Shown: positions 52,208 to 64,000 of the stretch, one piece after another
Layout of the letters: every line of letters begins with the position of its first letter
Position numbering within the stretch: the first letter of the stretch is position 1
NCBI GenBank assembly: GCA_900088475.1
Contig: FLMG01003874.1
Coordinates: 1-64,000 of the forward strand
Direction of reading: 5' to 3'
DNA length: 64,000 nucleotides
Origin: Hyphochytrium catenoides
Taxonomy: Eukaryota > Protista > Hyphochytriomycota
Translations under genes and position numbers: made by a program
Notes under the pieces: generated by a model
Database searches by the model: none
Seen by the model: the letters and a program-made list of their open reading frames with translations, nothing else
What the model was told of the DNA's origin: nothing

Positions 52208-52347
52208 TGTGACCGTGTACAATACACGAATGGAGGCGTAGCACAGCTTCGAAGCCGTGCTGCAATTTATTTATAGTCCTAACCACTACATTAGGGCTTC
52301 TTATAGATAGGAATGACGCTTGGCATTTGCCTTTTTGGCTTGCCGGT

Positions 52348-53099
52348 CTACGTGGTGCTTCTAGGCACAATAAATAACGCCGTGGCCTCGGAGAAGAGGA
52401 GCCCCGCGCCGTCTTCTACCCGCGATCTCATGAACACTTTCCTGCCTTCAACTTTGTCCACTTCAGTGGTGATCAGCACAGTGCTGTTGGCTGGAAGCGG
52501 CTTGCGATAGTTGACGTTGAGGTTGGCCGTGAAGCCTGGGCCTAGCTTTAAGCTAAAAACGCAAAATTGATATGTCAAACGCTACGAAGCACTAGATCGG
52601 TAGCTGGACACGCACCAGTACAAAGTCCAGCCAAAAAGCTCATCTACCACCGAGGCAATGCATCCTCCATGGACTGCGAGAAAGACAGAGAGCGATTTTA
52701 AGAAAGTCAGAGAGGGTAGCGGATTGGATTAGACCATGCTACACGGCCAGCAGGCAAAGATGGGGAGAGAGCTTACTGATTCCCTTGTGACCGCAGAGTT
52801 TGCTTCCAAGTCTTAGCACTGCCATTGTACTGCTTGATTCTTCATCATGGAACACCTCAAACTGCTCGAACCTTCCTTCTTCGTTGATTGAATGAATGAA
52901 GTGATGGTCACCTTCTAGCAGGGAGGCATCGGCCGACTCACTGGTAAGCAACAGTTTTTAGACAGGAGGAAAAGTGTGATTTCTCAAACTTATCAGGCGC
53001 CTACCTAACGTTTATGAGTTTGGGATTGCAGCGAAGGTCAGCCAGCCAGGCAGGCTCGACAATTTCTACCTTCTTGCATTCCGATTCTTTGAGAGGCAT
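52348..53099 (-). CDS. Hotdog-fold acyl-CoA thioesterase (PaaI/THEM4-like), 4 exons
   Basis: 'RLGSKLCGHKG/.VHGGCIASVVDELFG', 'GFTANLNVNYRKPLP', 'KVEGRKVFM..EATALFI'. Confidence 0.9.
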
Positions 53100-54668
53100 T
53101 ATCGCCGGACGATGCGCACTTCTTTCCCGGACACTCAACCTTAGCCTCTTGCAGGAGGGGAGCGTTAGTGCGGTCCTGCTCCTCCGGTAAGCAGCCTTGC
53201 GAAGAAAGCGGAAAGCCAGTGTATCTGACTTGCACGAAGTAGTTGGCAGGCTCAAGATCTCACACTCACCGCCTTAAGTAGTTCGGCGAAGGATTGTCTT
53301 TATTAGAGAGATGGCAAAAGGTGAAATGACCCTCTGGTGAACCTGTAGAGGTGCTTAACTAATCAACCTTTAGGACTAACAGGTCCAAAGACGATAAGAT
53401 CGGGGAACCGGCCCTCTTCAACTCGGTTCTCAGAGCTTATAAAGGTTAAGAAAAGCGCTATCCCGCTTTGTTGATTGAGAAGAGAGAAAGATTGACTGCA
53501 GGAAGGGAGAAAGCCAGACACGAACGGTCAATCTTTACTCCAACAGAGAGCAGCGCAGAGAGACTCATGACGAGTACAAGGTACCTCACCTCGCTGATCC
53601 CAAGCTTCTCCTCCTTTCTGCTCTCCTTTCTCTCCCTCTATCCCTTGTCACGTCATGGGAGTCTGTCAGGTGATGAGGTTCGGTGCTTGACTTGATGGCG
53701 ACATCCGCTCCATGACCTCTCAGATTAGACCGATGGAGACGGACAATCGACAGCGCTATGCACAGGAGCTGACAGCGTAGAGGGAAGGAAGGTGGAACAT
53801 CAAAGAAGCAGCAGAAGACACAACAGTGTCAGAGATATTGGAGCCCCCATACAGAGCGGGACTATGGTAGCTATATCCTATGTCAAGGGTATCCGAGAGA
53901 TGCGAAATCCGGGAGACAGAGCGGGGAATAGACATGACAGAAGGAAGGACGAAGACATCAGAACGCCATCAGACTGAACATGTTTCGCACCTCAAAATGC
54001 TTGTACTTGCACAAACACGCGGGACGAAATGCATGGCTTTATAGGTAGGACGGCGTACAACACGTACGCTCAGTTGACAGGAATTATGACTCCTCACCTC
54101 CTTCTCCTCTCGTCAGACTCGCAATAAGTTAATGACGAGAAATATCGATAATCAGTGGTTGGTTACTACCGAGCTGTCGGTTACAAGCATCCTCAAGTTC
54201 GGCAAATGCACTCGGCTTGAGAGGCAGCAAAGGGCTGGCTCCTCCTCCTCCTCCCTGTCCTGTAGGCTCACCAGCGAAGAGGTACGCTTGGCTGGAGTTC
54301 CCTTGACTAAGGAAGGAAGCGGTACACATAGGATGAGTAGATTGATTAGGGAACTGCTCTTTCAAGCTCTCGGTAATCGGCGCAACAATGGAAGAGGATG
54401 TGTAGAACCTTGCGATGTTGTCATTAGTAAGGCAGTCTCTCAACCAGGAGTAAGCAGCACCAAGAGAGGAAGCATCTAGAGGAGTTTCAAGGCGAAGACT
54501 TTGTAGATGGGCCCAAGGCAGCGAGTGACGTGCTGATGATAGAAATATTTCACTTGTAAGCTCGACTATTTGCAGCGATCTCTGCTATTGCCTAGGCTGT
54601 GAATGACATNNNNNNNNNNNNNNNNNNNNNNNNNNNNNNNNNNNNNNGTATAGAAGAGTCCTGGCTTA

Positions 54669-57027
54669 TTGGATGCGGCACCAATAGGTGAAGATCCCCC
54701 GTTCTGCTTAAGGATGGGTTCTGGCGTGTCTCTCTTTCGACATGGCAAAGTCACGCCAAGCCCAACACAGAGGGAGCGAAGGGTAAGGAGACAATCTGTC
54801 CAATCTCTAGGTGGCCTGCATCCAGATGGAGGGCGACGGTCGATGTCTGTTAACAAGCGGGCAGCTCAAAGAAGATCTTCAACGACCTGGAAGGCCCCTC
54901 CTAACATCACGAAAATAAGGAGGGAGAGTAATGCCTTCCAGTCAGATCCTCTGTTGCTGGAGCTTCGGCTCTGTCTAGATGATCCCATGGGCCAGAAGCA
55001 TCTTGGAAACTTTGCGAAGAAGATAGGGAAGGGTTCGACGGAAGCCCTATTCTGCTGGGTGGACATTCAGGAGTACAGATCTATCCCAAAGAGTGACTAT
55101 CGCCGGCATTTTGCTGTCTATATCTTCGAAAAGTATGTGAAGGATAATGCCAAGATGAAGGTCCAGAGTGTTACACCGGAGCTGATCAAGGAAGTGAAGG
55201 TTAGTGAAGACAAAATTGGTAGTTTATGCAAGCTGCATCTAAGAACACGTATTTCTCTGTCGCGCAACTATATACAGGATAAAATAGAAGCGGCTAAAGA
55301 AGATCCCAAGAGCTTAGAGGACTCACTTTTCGAGAATGTACAACTCAACTGTCTCACTGAGATCAAAAGGACCACTTATATGGAGTTCAAGGCGTCGGAA
55401 GACTATGACAAGTATCAGAAAGAGATGAAAGATACTTATAACAAGGTGGTTGTTGATGACTTCGAGTACATGGATATCCTTGGCTTGGGCGGCTACGCCC
55501 GTGTCTTCCATGTCAGAAAGATCAGCACTGGTAGACACTACGGTAAGAGATTCCTCGATTGAGAGTTGCTCATTCTGCTCATGACTCTGATATCAAATGT
55601 TTTAGCCATGAAAGTTCAGCTCAAGAGCAAGATAGTTGAGGAGAACATCAACTATCCAGAGAACATGGTCTCAGAAAGAAAGCTGCTTGCCATGTGCCAC
55701 CACCCTTATCTCATAGATCTCTTTTACGCGTTCCAAACGGACAAATATATCATCATGGTCTTAGAACTCATGCAAGCTGGAGATTTGGCCGGTGAGGTCA
55801 GCCAAGAGGTAGAACGGACTCTCTATGGACTCAGCGAAGAGAGGACTCAGCTTTACATAGCGGAGATAGCAATGGTACTGAGCCACCTCCACAATATGGG
55901 CATTATTTACCGGGATTTGAAGCCCTGCAACGTTCTTCTAGGCGGGGATGGCCACATAAAGCTAGCTGATATGGGTTTTGCGAAGCGGACCACAGCCATT
56001 AGTGAAGAGATATATGACCCTTGGTCATACCCTAATATCCCCTCCTCTTCCAAAAAGCTTTTGGTGATGGAAACGAAACCTCGGAGCTCGATTGCCTCAT
56101 TAGTGCCACAAATGCCATCAGACGGCAGCGGACCAACTCTTGAAGGGCCATCGCAACCAAGGGATTCTATAACAGGAGAAAATGCTAACGAAGGCGCTAA
56201 CAACTTAGGTGCTACCGGTCAGGTCTCTCCTGGCACTTCTACCACTCCGACAACACCCAAACCCTTAGTACGTGCCAAAAGCACCGTAGGGACCCGCGGC
56301 TACCTGGCGCCGGAGATTATCAAAGGGCGTCTGCACTCTCGCTCAAAAAGAAAGCCCTATACTGAGGCCGTAGATTTCTGGGCACTCGGAGTTTCTTGCT
56401 ACGAGCTGCTCACTGGAACAATGCCCTTTCATAACCTGGAAATCAGTCAGGTCTTCGATGCTCAGGATGGCAAGGGCAAGAATAACCTGAAAGATGCAGT
56501 AAATCATGCTATAAAACAAATGAGCCAAGAGATCCAGTTTCCGGCGAATATCTCTCCCACTGCGCAGGATTTTATACGATGTCTCCTCCACGTTGATCCG
56601 GAGAAGAGGTTGGGCTTTGATGGTATCAGGAAGCACCCCTTTATGGCAAACTTAGACTGGGACAAGCTGGCGATGCGCCATGTGGTAGCCACGACAAAGC
56701 CTAGAGTGAAGAACCTTCCAGAGAAGCCAAAATACAGCTCCTTCCAGGCTGCAATGTCTGCCTTTGACTCCATTGATAAAAAAATTGGTAAGGCTTTCTG
56801 TGTGTAAGAGTATATAAGAACTGAGAACTATCACTTAGCTGACTTCTCATCCTATATTAGACTGGAACGCTGAATTCAACCCTGAACATCAGCACTACTT
56901 CCTGGAGTGGGACTTTGTTTCGCCGCAAACCCTAAAGATTGAGCTTGGCATAGCGGTACAGCTGGACGCTTCGAATGTGCCATACAAGATCTGTCAGTTA
57001 ACAGGGGAGACTCCTATCGATGACTAG
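54669..57027 (+). CDS. GRK-like kinase: RGS-homology domain + AGC Ser/Thr kinase; true start is at or upstream of the N-gap
   Basis: RGS 'LDDPMGQKHLGNFA..EALFCWVDIQEY..IFEKYV'; kinase 'LGLGGYARV', 'AMK', 'YRDLKPCNVLL', 'KLADMG', 'VGTRGYLAPE', 'DFWALG'; AGC tail 'FLEWDFVSP'. Confidence 0.88.
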
Positions 57028-57674
57028 AGCTTCCAGGAAATGAACTACTAGACGCAGGTCAGGGCAAGGTTGATTTGTAAAGTAGCCCCACCTATTCACT
57101 CCACCATCCCGGAGAGTGAGATCTTCAGACTAATGCCTAGCGGGCCCAAACCGTTGGCACCAATAGTAAACGTTCTTGCCAATATGCTTTCAAGGATCAT
57201 GTAGAGAGCAGTTACAGACTTAGCATAGCTTTAGCTCTAACGCGTTCTAGGTATTCTTGTACGGCAGGATCCGCCTTGCTATCACTTAAGTGCGCAAACA
57301 ATGTACATGCATTGGTAGATTAGGTAGTGGGATAGGTCTATACACAGGATCTGGGTGCATGCGACGGCTAGTTCGCGTGCAATAGATAACAAAGAAAAGC
57401 CGATCTCTCGGAGAGATAGGGATTGTGCAATTCACCTGAATCTAGGCGCGATTTTATGGTGCTCAGGATGCAAGCGTAAACAAAAGACTTGGACCATGCT
57501 GTACTTCACAACCGCGGTTGTGCCGTGCTTGAACCAAAATTGCCAAGGGACGGTGGCACAGGAGGCTGTTCGTATAGGAATCTTGCTTCCCGCTTCCTGG
57601 AGTTAAGATTGAGGCTTAGCTGATGGGACACTGGGTCCTCCGGCTGAGTCAGGCGAGAAGGCCATGACTGGAGT

Positions 57675-58004
57675 CTATGTAGTAGATGAGGTAGACTCCC
57701 GTTTCCTTTCTTGGTAAGCCTGAGCAATGACCTGGAGCCGCTTTCCCAGAGTGGAAATGTCAGCATATTCCTCTAAACTTCTCGAACATTTGTAGAGCAA
57801 AAGCTCTAACTTCTGTGCATTCCTGGGGATAGTGAGCAATGATCTGGCGTTGAGTTTGGGATGGCACTGCCTCATAATCCTGACAATGTGCCCAAGCACT
57901 CGTCGCCTTATCAACTGTACTGGCCCAAGTTGAGTTCGTCGAATTGCCGTATGAGGAGCCTGTCTGAGCGTAAAGGGCTTGTTGAACTTGGTGGGGCAAC
58001 ACAT
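57675..58004 (-). CDS. Small stand-alone KIX-like (Med15/CBP KIX_2-type) domain protein
   Basis: 'RRRVLGHIVRIMRQ..IPRNAQKLELLLYKCSRSLEEYADISTLGKRLQ' resembles the KIX-like three-helix bundle; first ATG at 58004. Confidence 0.6.
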   Translation of the reverse strand: MCCPTKFNKPFTLRQAPHTAIRRTQLGPVQLIRRRVLGHIVRIMRQCHPKLNARSLLTIPRNAQKLELLLYKCSRSLEEYADISTLGKRLQVIAQAYQERKRESTSSTT

Positions 58005-60950
58005 GTTACTTCTTGTTGTTCTTTTGCTTCTCTCGGCCGCTACCAAAGACTCCGTCGGCTGGTTCGGCGCCGCGTTGGTCACCGCTATTGCTATTATGGC
58101 AAATTAAAGAGTGGAGTCGATAAACGTGCGTTGGGAGGGGGAGGAGAGATGGCTCATGGGACCTCCACCTCTGTCTCTATATTGATCGTCCTCATAGCTG
58201 TCTCTTCCATCAACTTAGTGACAGTGTCGCCCGATGTAACTATCCTAGGAGGAGTCTGGTGTAACAGGCCACTGTTGTGATAAGCATGTTTGAGGATCTT
58301 TTGACCAGTTTGACAGAATAACATCTTTGCAACGCCAGCGGTCGGTTCTTCCGTCCCATCACCCTCCTCTCCCCTCTTTCTCCTTTCTCCTCTCTATGTC
58401 TCCTTTTCACTCTTTGCCCGCTTCCTCCCGGCCCCTTCCCGCTTAGATTTGCCAGCCTTATAGGTTGCTTCTGCACAGCTCACCAGCGGTTGTCATCGTG
58501 AGGTTAGAGGTTACTGTGAGAGAGACAGGATTGAGAGACTGGAAAGCAAGCTCTTCGCCTTCTTCCCGGAAGAAGGTCTGGAGCAGGGAGGTACAGGTAC
58601 CATTGGAGGCTAGAGCAAGAGTCCTCTCGTCAGGTCTCATCACAGTCCAGCCGATCCTTGATCTCTGTGCCTTCAGAACATCAATCAACGGTGAAACACC
58701 TCACAGAACTGAAACTGGAAGTTTAACGCCAACTGGTGCGTGGGGGCACCGCCGCCACCTGGGGGTGGGCTGATTGATCCATAACATACTAACAGTTTCT
58801 ACAGATCCGTATAGACATTGGAAGAGTTCGAACCGTACCCTTTCGCGCCAACCAAAACTCCGCTGATTGGCGTTTTCGAGAGGCGGCCAAAGCAGCTCTC
58901 TGGCATTCCATTTGATAGTAACTGAGGCGGAGTATCTAGGGGGAGCGCGGCCTTGTGTGACCGAGGCCACTCACTTTGACTGCTCGACGCTATTCAACTG
59001 CCCGTCCCTTCCGCTTCGCCTGTGAGGGCGACGTCCTTTGATACAATGCTTCCCCCTTGTTTGTCTGCTTCCCTTCTCTCCGATGTCATTTATTTAGAAC
59101 CAACCTAAACGATTTAGAACTAGCAAAGAGCCTCTAGGATGTGGGCTGTCGAACCTACAACCTTTCTGTTCTAAACTATGACGCGGACAATAGTAAACAA
59201 GGAGTTTTTGCCCCTCTTTCTTTATTTAGACCGGCGTCTCTAATCGCGTATTGAGGCCTTTTGTTCATAGAATGTTGGTGTTATCAGACATTCCTGTCGT
59301 TGGCCTTGCATTAAACCGCAAGAAAAAGAGGACAAGCGGCTCCTCAAGCTGTCCGTGAGTTGCGATGGTTGTTCCGCTCTAACAAGGCAGGTAATAAGGT
59401 GTAAACCCCAACGGAACCCTGTGGCCTCTCCACTCTCCACAGCCAGAGACCATCCGTGAAGCTAAGGTAGCTTGCTTTGGATGACTCACAACTTGGAAGT
59501 ACACCAAAGGATCAGTTGTGAGGTTCTGAGTGTGATCAGCATACTATCGGGGACACCAGCTCCGCTGCTGCTACAGTATCATGCATACGCAGGACTTTCA
59601 GATTCCGTTGAGCGGCATAGAGGCAGCACCTGGCCAGTTGCCTCTACAGACTGCTGGAACATCAGGGTTATGCTTGCCTTGACAAAAGGTCGGAAGCTGA
59701 GAGTGATATTGAGAAGAACAGCTTTGCCAACGTGACAGAAGAGCAACAACGTATAGCTTCTTCTTTCTGAGTGATGAGCTTGGTTATTCTCCTTGTCTCG
59801 AAATGTATCCTGTACCCCTTTGCGTTGTTGTTGAGAGTGGCCTAGTGTCGGTCTTCTAGAAAACAGGCCGAGACTACGCTATGGATAGGGCGCTTGTTGC
59901 CAAGTTCGCTCGCATTTCTGACTGTTGGGCTACCCTTTCCTACTTTTGGGTCCTCTAGGCCAGGGAGGTTTTCTGAGGCCGTTTGCATTTATAGTTGCGG
60001 TCCATAGTTAGGCGTTCACTCCTTCTAAGCGGGGGCTAGGAATAGTCGAGGGTGGCTAGTCTATCGTTTCGACGCTCTAACAGTACGAGGAGAGTGAGCT
60101 GAGTGAGGCAGGGCCCATAAGGTAATGGTTTCACAGCATCTTGACAAAGCAGTGTAGTCAATGGCGAAAGTCATCAAGTCTCCAGGCAGCATAACCCTCT
60201 TTGCATTGGGAAGAGGAAACCTTATCAATAATGTAGTAGGCATAACGGAAGTCTAGTCGGACAAGGGTGGTCATGGAGGCGACCCCAAGGAGACAATCAT
60301 GGGGGCATGTGTTGGGCAAATACTCACTTTGTATGGTAGTACACGACCTGCTCAATGCAACCCACAATCCTTTCTATGTGGTCTGAGCATTGGACAGACT
60401 ATCTCTATTATTGAAAGCTTCAGGGTCACATTCCCAGTCCACTATGTGAAGCCATGACCTGCGCCTAAGTGTCGCCGATACGTTTGGCCTCTCACGCCAT
60501 ACGCCTGCTGTCCGACGGCTTGGTTACTCTTAAGTTCTCCCACTTTCACAGATAGAGACTTCAAGGCAACAATCTATCATGGGGACCTGAATCGAGATGT
60601 GCACCGGAAGTCCTTCTGTTGGTAGATGTCGATAGGCAAAAATGAACGCCAATATTGTCCTTCTTGCCGTTGTACGCCCATTGTCATCTATCCAGCGTTC
60701 AAAACACAGCACTAAGCTAACCATAAGGCTTACGGTTCAGCTGGGCTCTCTCATAGAGGAATTATGTAAGTTGAGAGGAGTCTGAATGAATGAGCCAGGA
60801 GCTTAGACGTGTCACCCTTCATCCAGTCATAGTGATCAACCTCAGAAGGCGAAGCTGCGTGGCGAGAATGGGCACTGTCATATCCTTCAGTATCGAACGA
60901 CGTTACCATAATAAACATTTCATTGAGGCTCGATCCTAAGTTCTAACAGC

Positions 60951-61614
60951 TCATCCCTTTGATTGCTTCATCAGCCACTGGATGACCTGGGTTTGGACAA
61001 GGCCTGTTAGGGAGTGTTCTTAAGGTAAAGGAGCTGCAAATAACTCTTACCTGATCGATGTTCACCACTCGTAAAGCTGAGATGGGGATAACCAACCAGG
61101 GATTATCAACAACGTAGTCCAGATTGAGCTCCCGAATGAGCTCTGGTTCAGACACATGAGGCTCTAAGTCTATTTTGTTAGCCAACACCAGCAATGGTGT
61201 CGTGGCTAGCGCTCGATCTTCAAGCAGCCTGTGTAGCTCCTTTCTAGCCAACGGCAACTGATCATGAGCATTGGCATCCACGACGAACATAATGACGTCG
61301 CATCCTCTGGCATATCGGCCCCATTCTGTCCGGTATTGCGCTTGGCCTCCAATATCCCAACACTTCATCTGCACTTTCCCTGCGTAAAATTAAGCTCTGT
61401 AAGGAGTTCCTTGGCGCGGACTATGCTTTGACACATGGGTACCTTTCTTAACAAGTTTGACATTGAGTCCAATTGTGGGGCACGTTTCCACCGGATGACC
61501 CATGGCCATAACGTTCAGTAGGGTGGTTTTCCCGCTATTCTCCAGACCAACAATAACCACTTCGAGCTTCTTTGTATAAAAAGTAGTGAGGAGCTTCTGC
61601 AACACCGCACCCAT
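60951..61614 (-). CDS. ADP-ribosylation factor-like GTPase, ARL8-like, 3 exons
   Basis: 'MGAVLQKLL', G1 'GLENSGKTT', 'PTIGLNV', G3 'WDIGGQ..YRTEWGRYARG', G4 'NKID', 'ISAL..NIDQ/VIQWL'. Confidence 0.93.
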
Positions 61615-63023
61615 CTTCGTATTGAGGCTGCGCGGCAGATAACCAAGACTAAAACCTGTGGATGTTGCCGACCAAGATGGGGTTAGATATAGGTTTGTCC
61701 AGACTCTTCTCAAGCTAGCTACCTACGGGAAAGCGATCTTGGGCAGATGCTACAGCAAGCAACTGAGAAACAAGCAACCAATCCCCCTCCAAAGTGCAGA
61801 CAATGTCTTTGAGTACCTTCCAAGTCAGTCACGAAGGGAAGATATCGATAAAGTGGTAGACGTCAGTCCGTCCTCGTGCCGATAAGGTGCCGCTCGACAG
61901 TTATTGCGTGTTTCTCCGATAAACAACTTTCGAGGGAGCTCATTTCGGGAGTGCTCGGAAATTTTTGTTCATAGCATGAAAGAAGGGAAATGTCGCCAAC
62001 TGGTCTCCTCTGTTTCTGTACTCTGGCGCGGGACATCGCCTCTTTCTTTCCCTTGGTCCTCTGTCGAAAATCCGAGCAAAGTTCTTAGCCAAACCATTTC
62101 ACGCCGAAACCGGACTTGCTTGGTATATGAAAGACCTTGCGAGCCCACAAACCTTGATTAAAAACTCCGGAATGACTTGTAGCACAATATGAGACTGATG
62201 CTACTCAATCAAGGATCGGGCGGCGTCAATCGAGAATAATAGCTCAAACCCAACGAGATGACAAATGGCTCTGGAAGTCAAGGAGGGGAATAGGTACGGG
62301 GGACCAGCCAAGTTCATCCTGCTGAAAGTAGTGCAGGCACCAAACAAGACCGTTCCTTTCCCGGCAAATATTTAGGTTGGGTTTGGCAGACCCCGAAGGA
62401 TCCACCATTCCCGGCTCTCCTGTCAGGGAAGAGCGTTAGTTTCCTTACTCATTAGTTTGAGGCCAATCTGACAGTGAGGCATGGTACCCTCAATATAACT
62501 AAGGCACAGATCCCACAAGTTTGCCTTATTCTCCAAGAACGGTACAGTGTGCAGCAGTGTCTGCTTCAGGAACAACGGCCAAAATAGCTCTATATATTCA
62601 GTATAGCGATATACCGGTAACCCCTAACATACTACTGTAGTATGAATAGGACAATCTTTGAATGGCAACAACTACAAATGGTTTGCAGCTCATCGAACGA
62701 CAAGTGAAAGTTGAGATCTCCCAAGATCCACCTGATGACAGCAGTCTCACACAAGAACCAAGACCACAAACAACATCATAGCGTGAACTCGACAAAGAAG
62801 AAAGCTTGCTGATGTCCAGATGAGCTCTCCTGCGGCCCTAGCCCACACAAAGGAGACGACGCGCCAGGGCTTAGTAGAAGTAGTCATAGGAGCTGTCACA
62901 GGGACAACAAAATATATCGCGGCAATTGGGGCACAATCTAGGGACTGCTAATACCTTGTGCTAAGGATGGCTTCTTATACCTCTGGATTCTATCTGCTCT
63001 AGCAGCAATTAGAGTTCCTGGCA

Positions 63024-64000
63024 ATGGAGAGCGCAATAAGGGCCTTGCCCCTTATTTGCCTGGCTTCTGGCGTTACTTGGGCAATCAAGTACCGGAAAGA
63101 GAACCGCGGTAGACATTTTGAGCTTGTATCAGGTGAAAATTGGGTGCCATTGAATGCTTATCGCCAGATACCTCATTGGATTGTGCTTGTATTAGATGCC
63201 TCTGAGGGCCGAGTAGTCTATTTCAACAATCCGGACGCTGTGCTTGATATTGAAGTCAGCTATAAGGCCCCTTTTGAAGAGCTTGCAGTGCAACTCAAGT
63301 TGGTTGCAAAGAGGATCTGTAGTAATTGGTAGGTGCTACTGGTGTTTGGTCAATGCGCGCCTTCCAAGCGCACTGAAGCGTAGCCGCGTACAGGTCCAAC
63401 ATTCCAGATGGGACCATCAAGGTCAAGCAGATCAGTGGAGGAATCACAAATATGCTATACAAGCTGCACACAGAAGATGAGGTAAGTCCCCCTTTCCTGA
63501 GTCCTATAGCGCTTTACCTTACCCTTGCTTTCTCTGACCTTTAAGGCGGTTCTGGTGAGATTATATGGTGATAACACAGACGTGGTCATTGACAGAAATA
63601 AAGATAACCGTAAGCCTCTTATGCCCTGATGATAGTGAATAAGTATTGGACAGAGGGACTTATTCGGCGTGCACAGGGAATTTTGCCTTCCTTTCGCTTA
63701 AGGGTTATGCCCCCTGCTATTACGGTCAATTCCGCAATGGTCGGATTGAAGGATGGTTTGAAGCAAGACCGTTAGAGCCACATGAATTGGGCCAGGTACG
63801 TAATGTTGCCGCAACCCTCAGCTGTCCTCTCCGCTTGGCCAAACTAAAATTATGGCTTGTACTAGACGTCACCAATCAATTTCTCCCGTATGATAGCCCG
63901 GGAACTAGCTCGACTGCATCTCCTGGCGCCCGAGGGTAACCGCACTCCTGTACTATTTCCCGTAAGTGTTCTTCTCCTTGCAACCATTCAATTGACCACC
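63024..64000 (+). CDS. Ethanolamine/choline kinase, 5' part; continues past the window end
   Basis: 'SGGITNMLYKL', 'VLVRLYGDNTDVVIDR', 'GYAPCYYGQFRNGRIEGWFEARPLEPHEL', 'ELARLH'. Confidence 0.9.

Overview
Eukaryotic, intron-rich nuclear DNA of roughly balanced GC content, with mostly short GT-AG introns and three N-gaps (40301-40393, 47304-47367, 54610-54647). A stramenopile origin is inferred from the RPLP1 C-terminus 'DLGGGMDMFGGGGDDY', the RGS-kinase and the KIX-type protein; BBS12 suggests a flagellated stage. About 20 protein genes can be reconstructed by manual splicing: EDR2-like PH-START-DUF1336, PRCC, RPLP1, TRAPPC5, TMEM260-like, a syntaxin-7-like SNARE, PEX3, BBS12-like, a FAR-17a/AIG1-like membrane protein, organellar ArgRS, ISOC-like, a CDK9/12-type kinase, a frame-disrupted membrane protein, a fungal Met10-type sulfite reductase flavoprotein, a TFIIIC90-like subunit, a Sel1-repeat protein, a hotdog thioesterase, a GRK-like kinase, a KIX-like protein, an ARL8-like GTPase and a partial ethanolamine/choline kinase. 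The most notable observations are (1) an apparent U12-type AT-AC intron in PEX3, implying a minor spliceosome, (2) the apparently intronless Met10-like fusion of a catalytically degenerate PFOR module to an FAD/NADPH reductase, (3) the GRK-like kinase, (4) a His-rich tail on the CDK and (5) a tandem triplication of the EDR2-like gene's 3' end. No tRNA, rRNA, CRISPR array or recognisable transposon was seen. I found no clearly new multi-gene system. All family calls come from motif recognition, not database searches.
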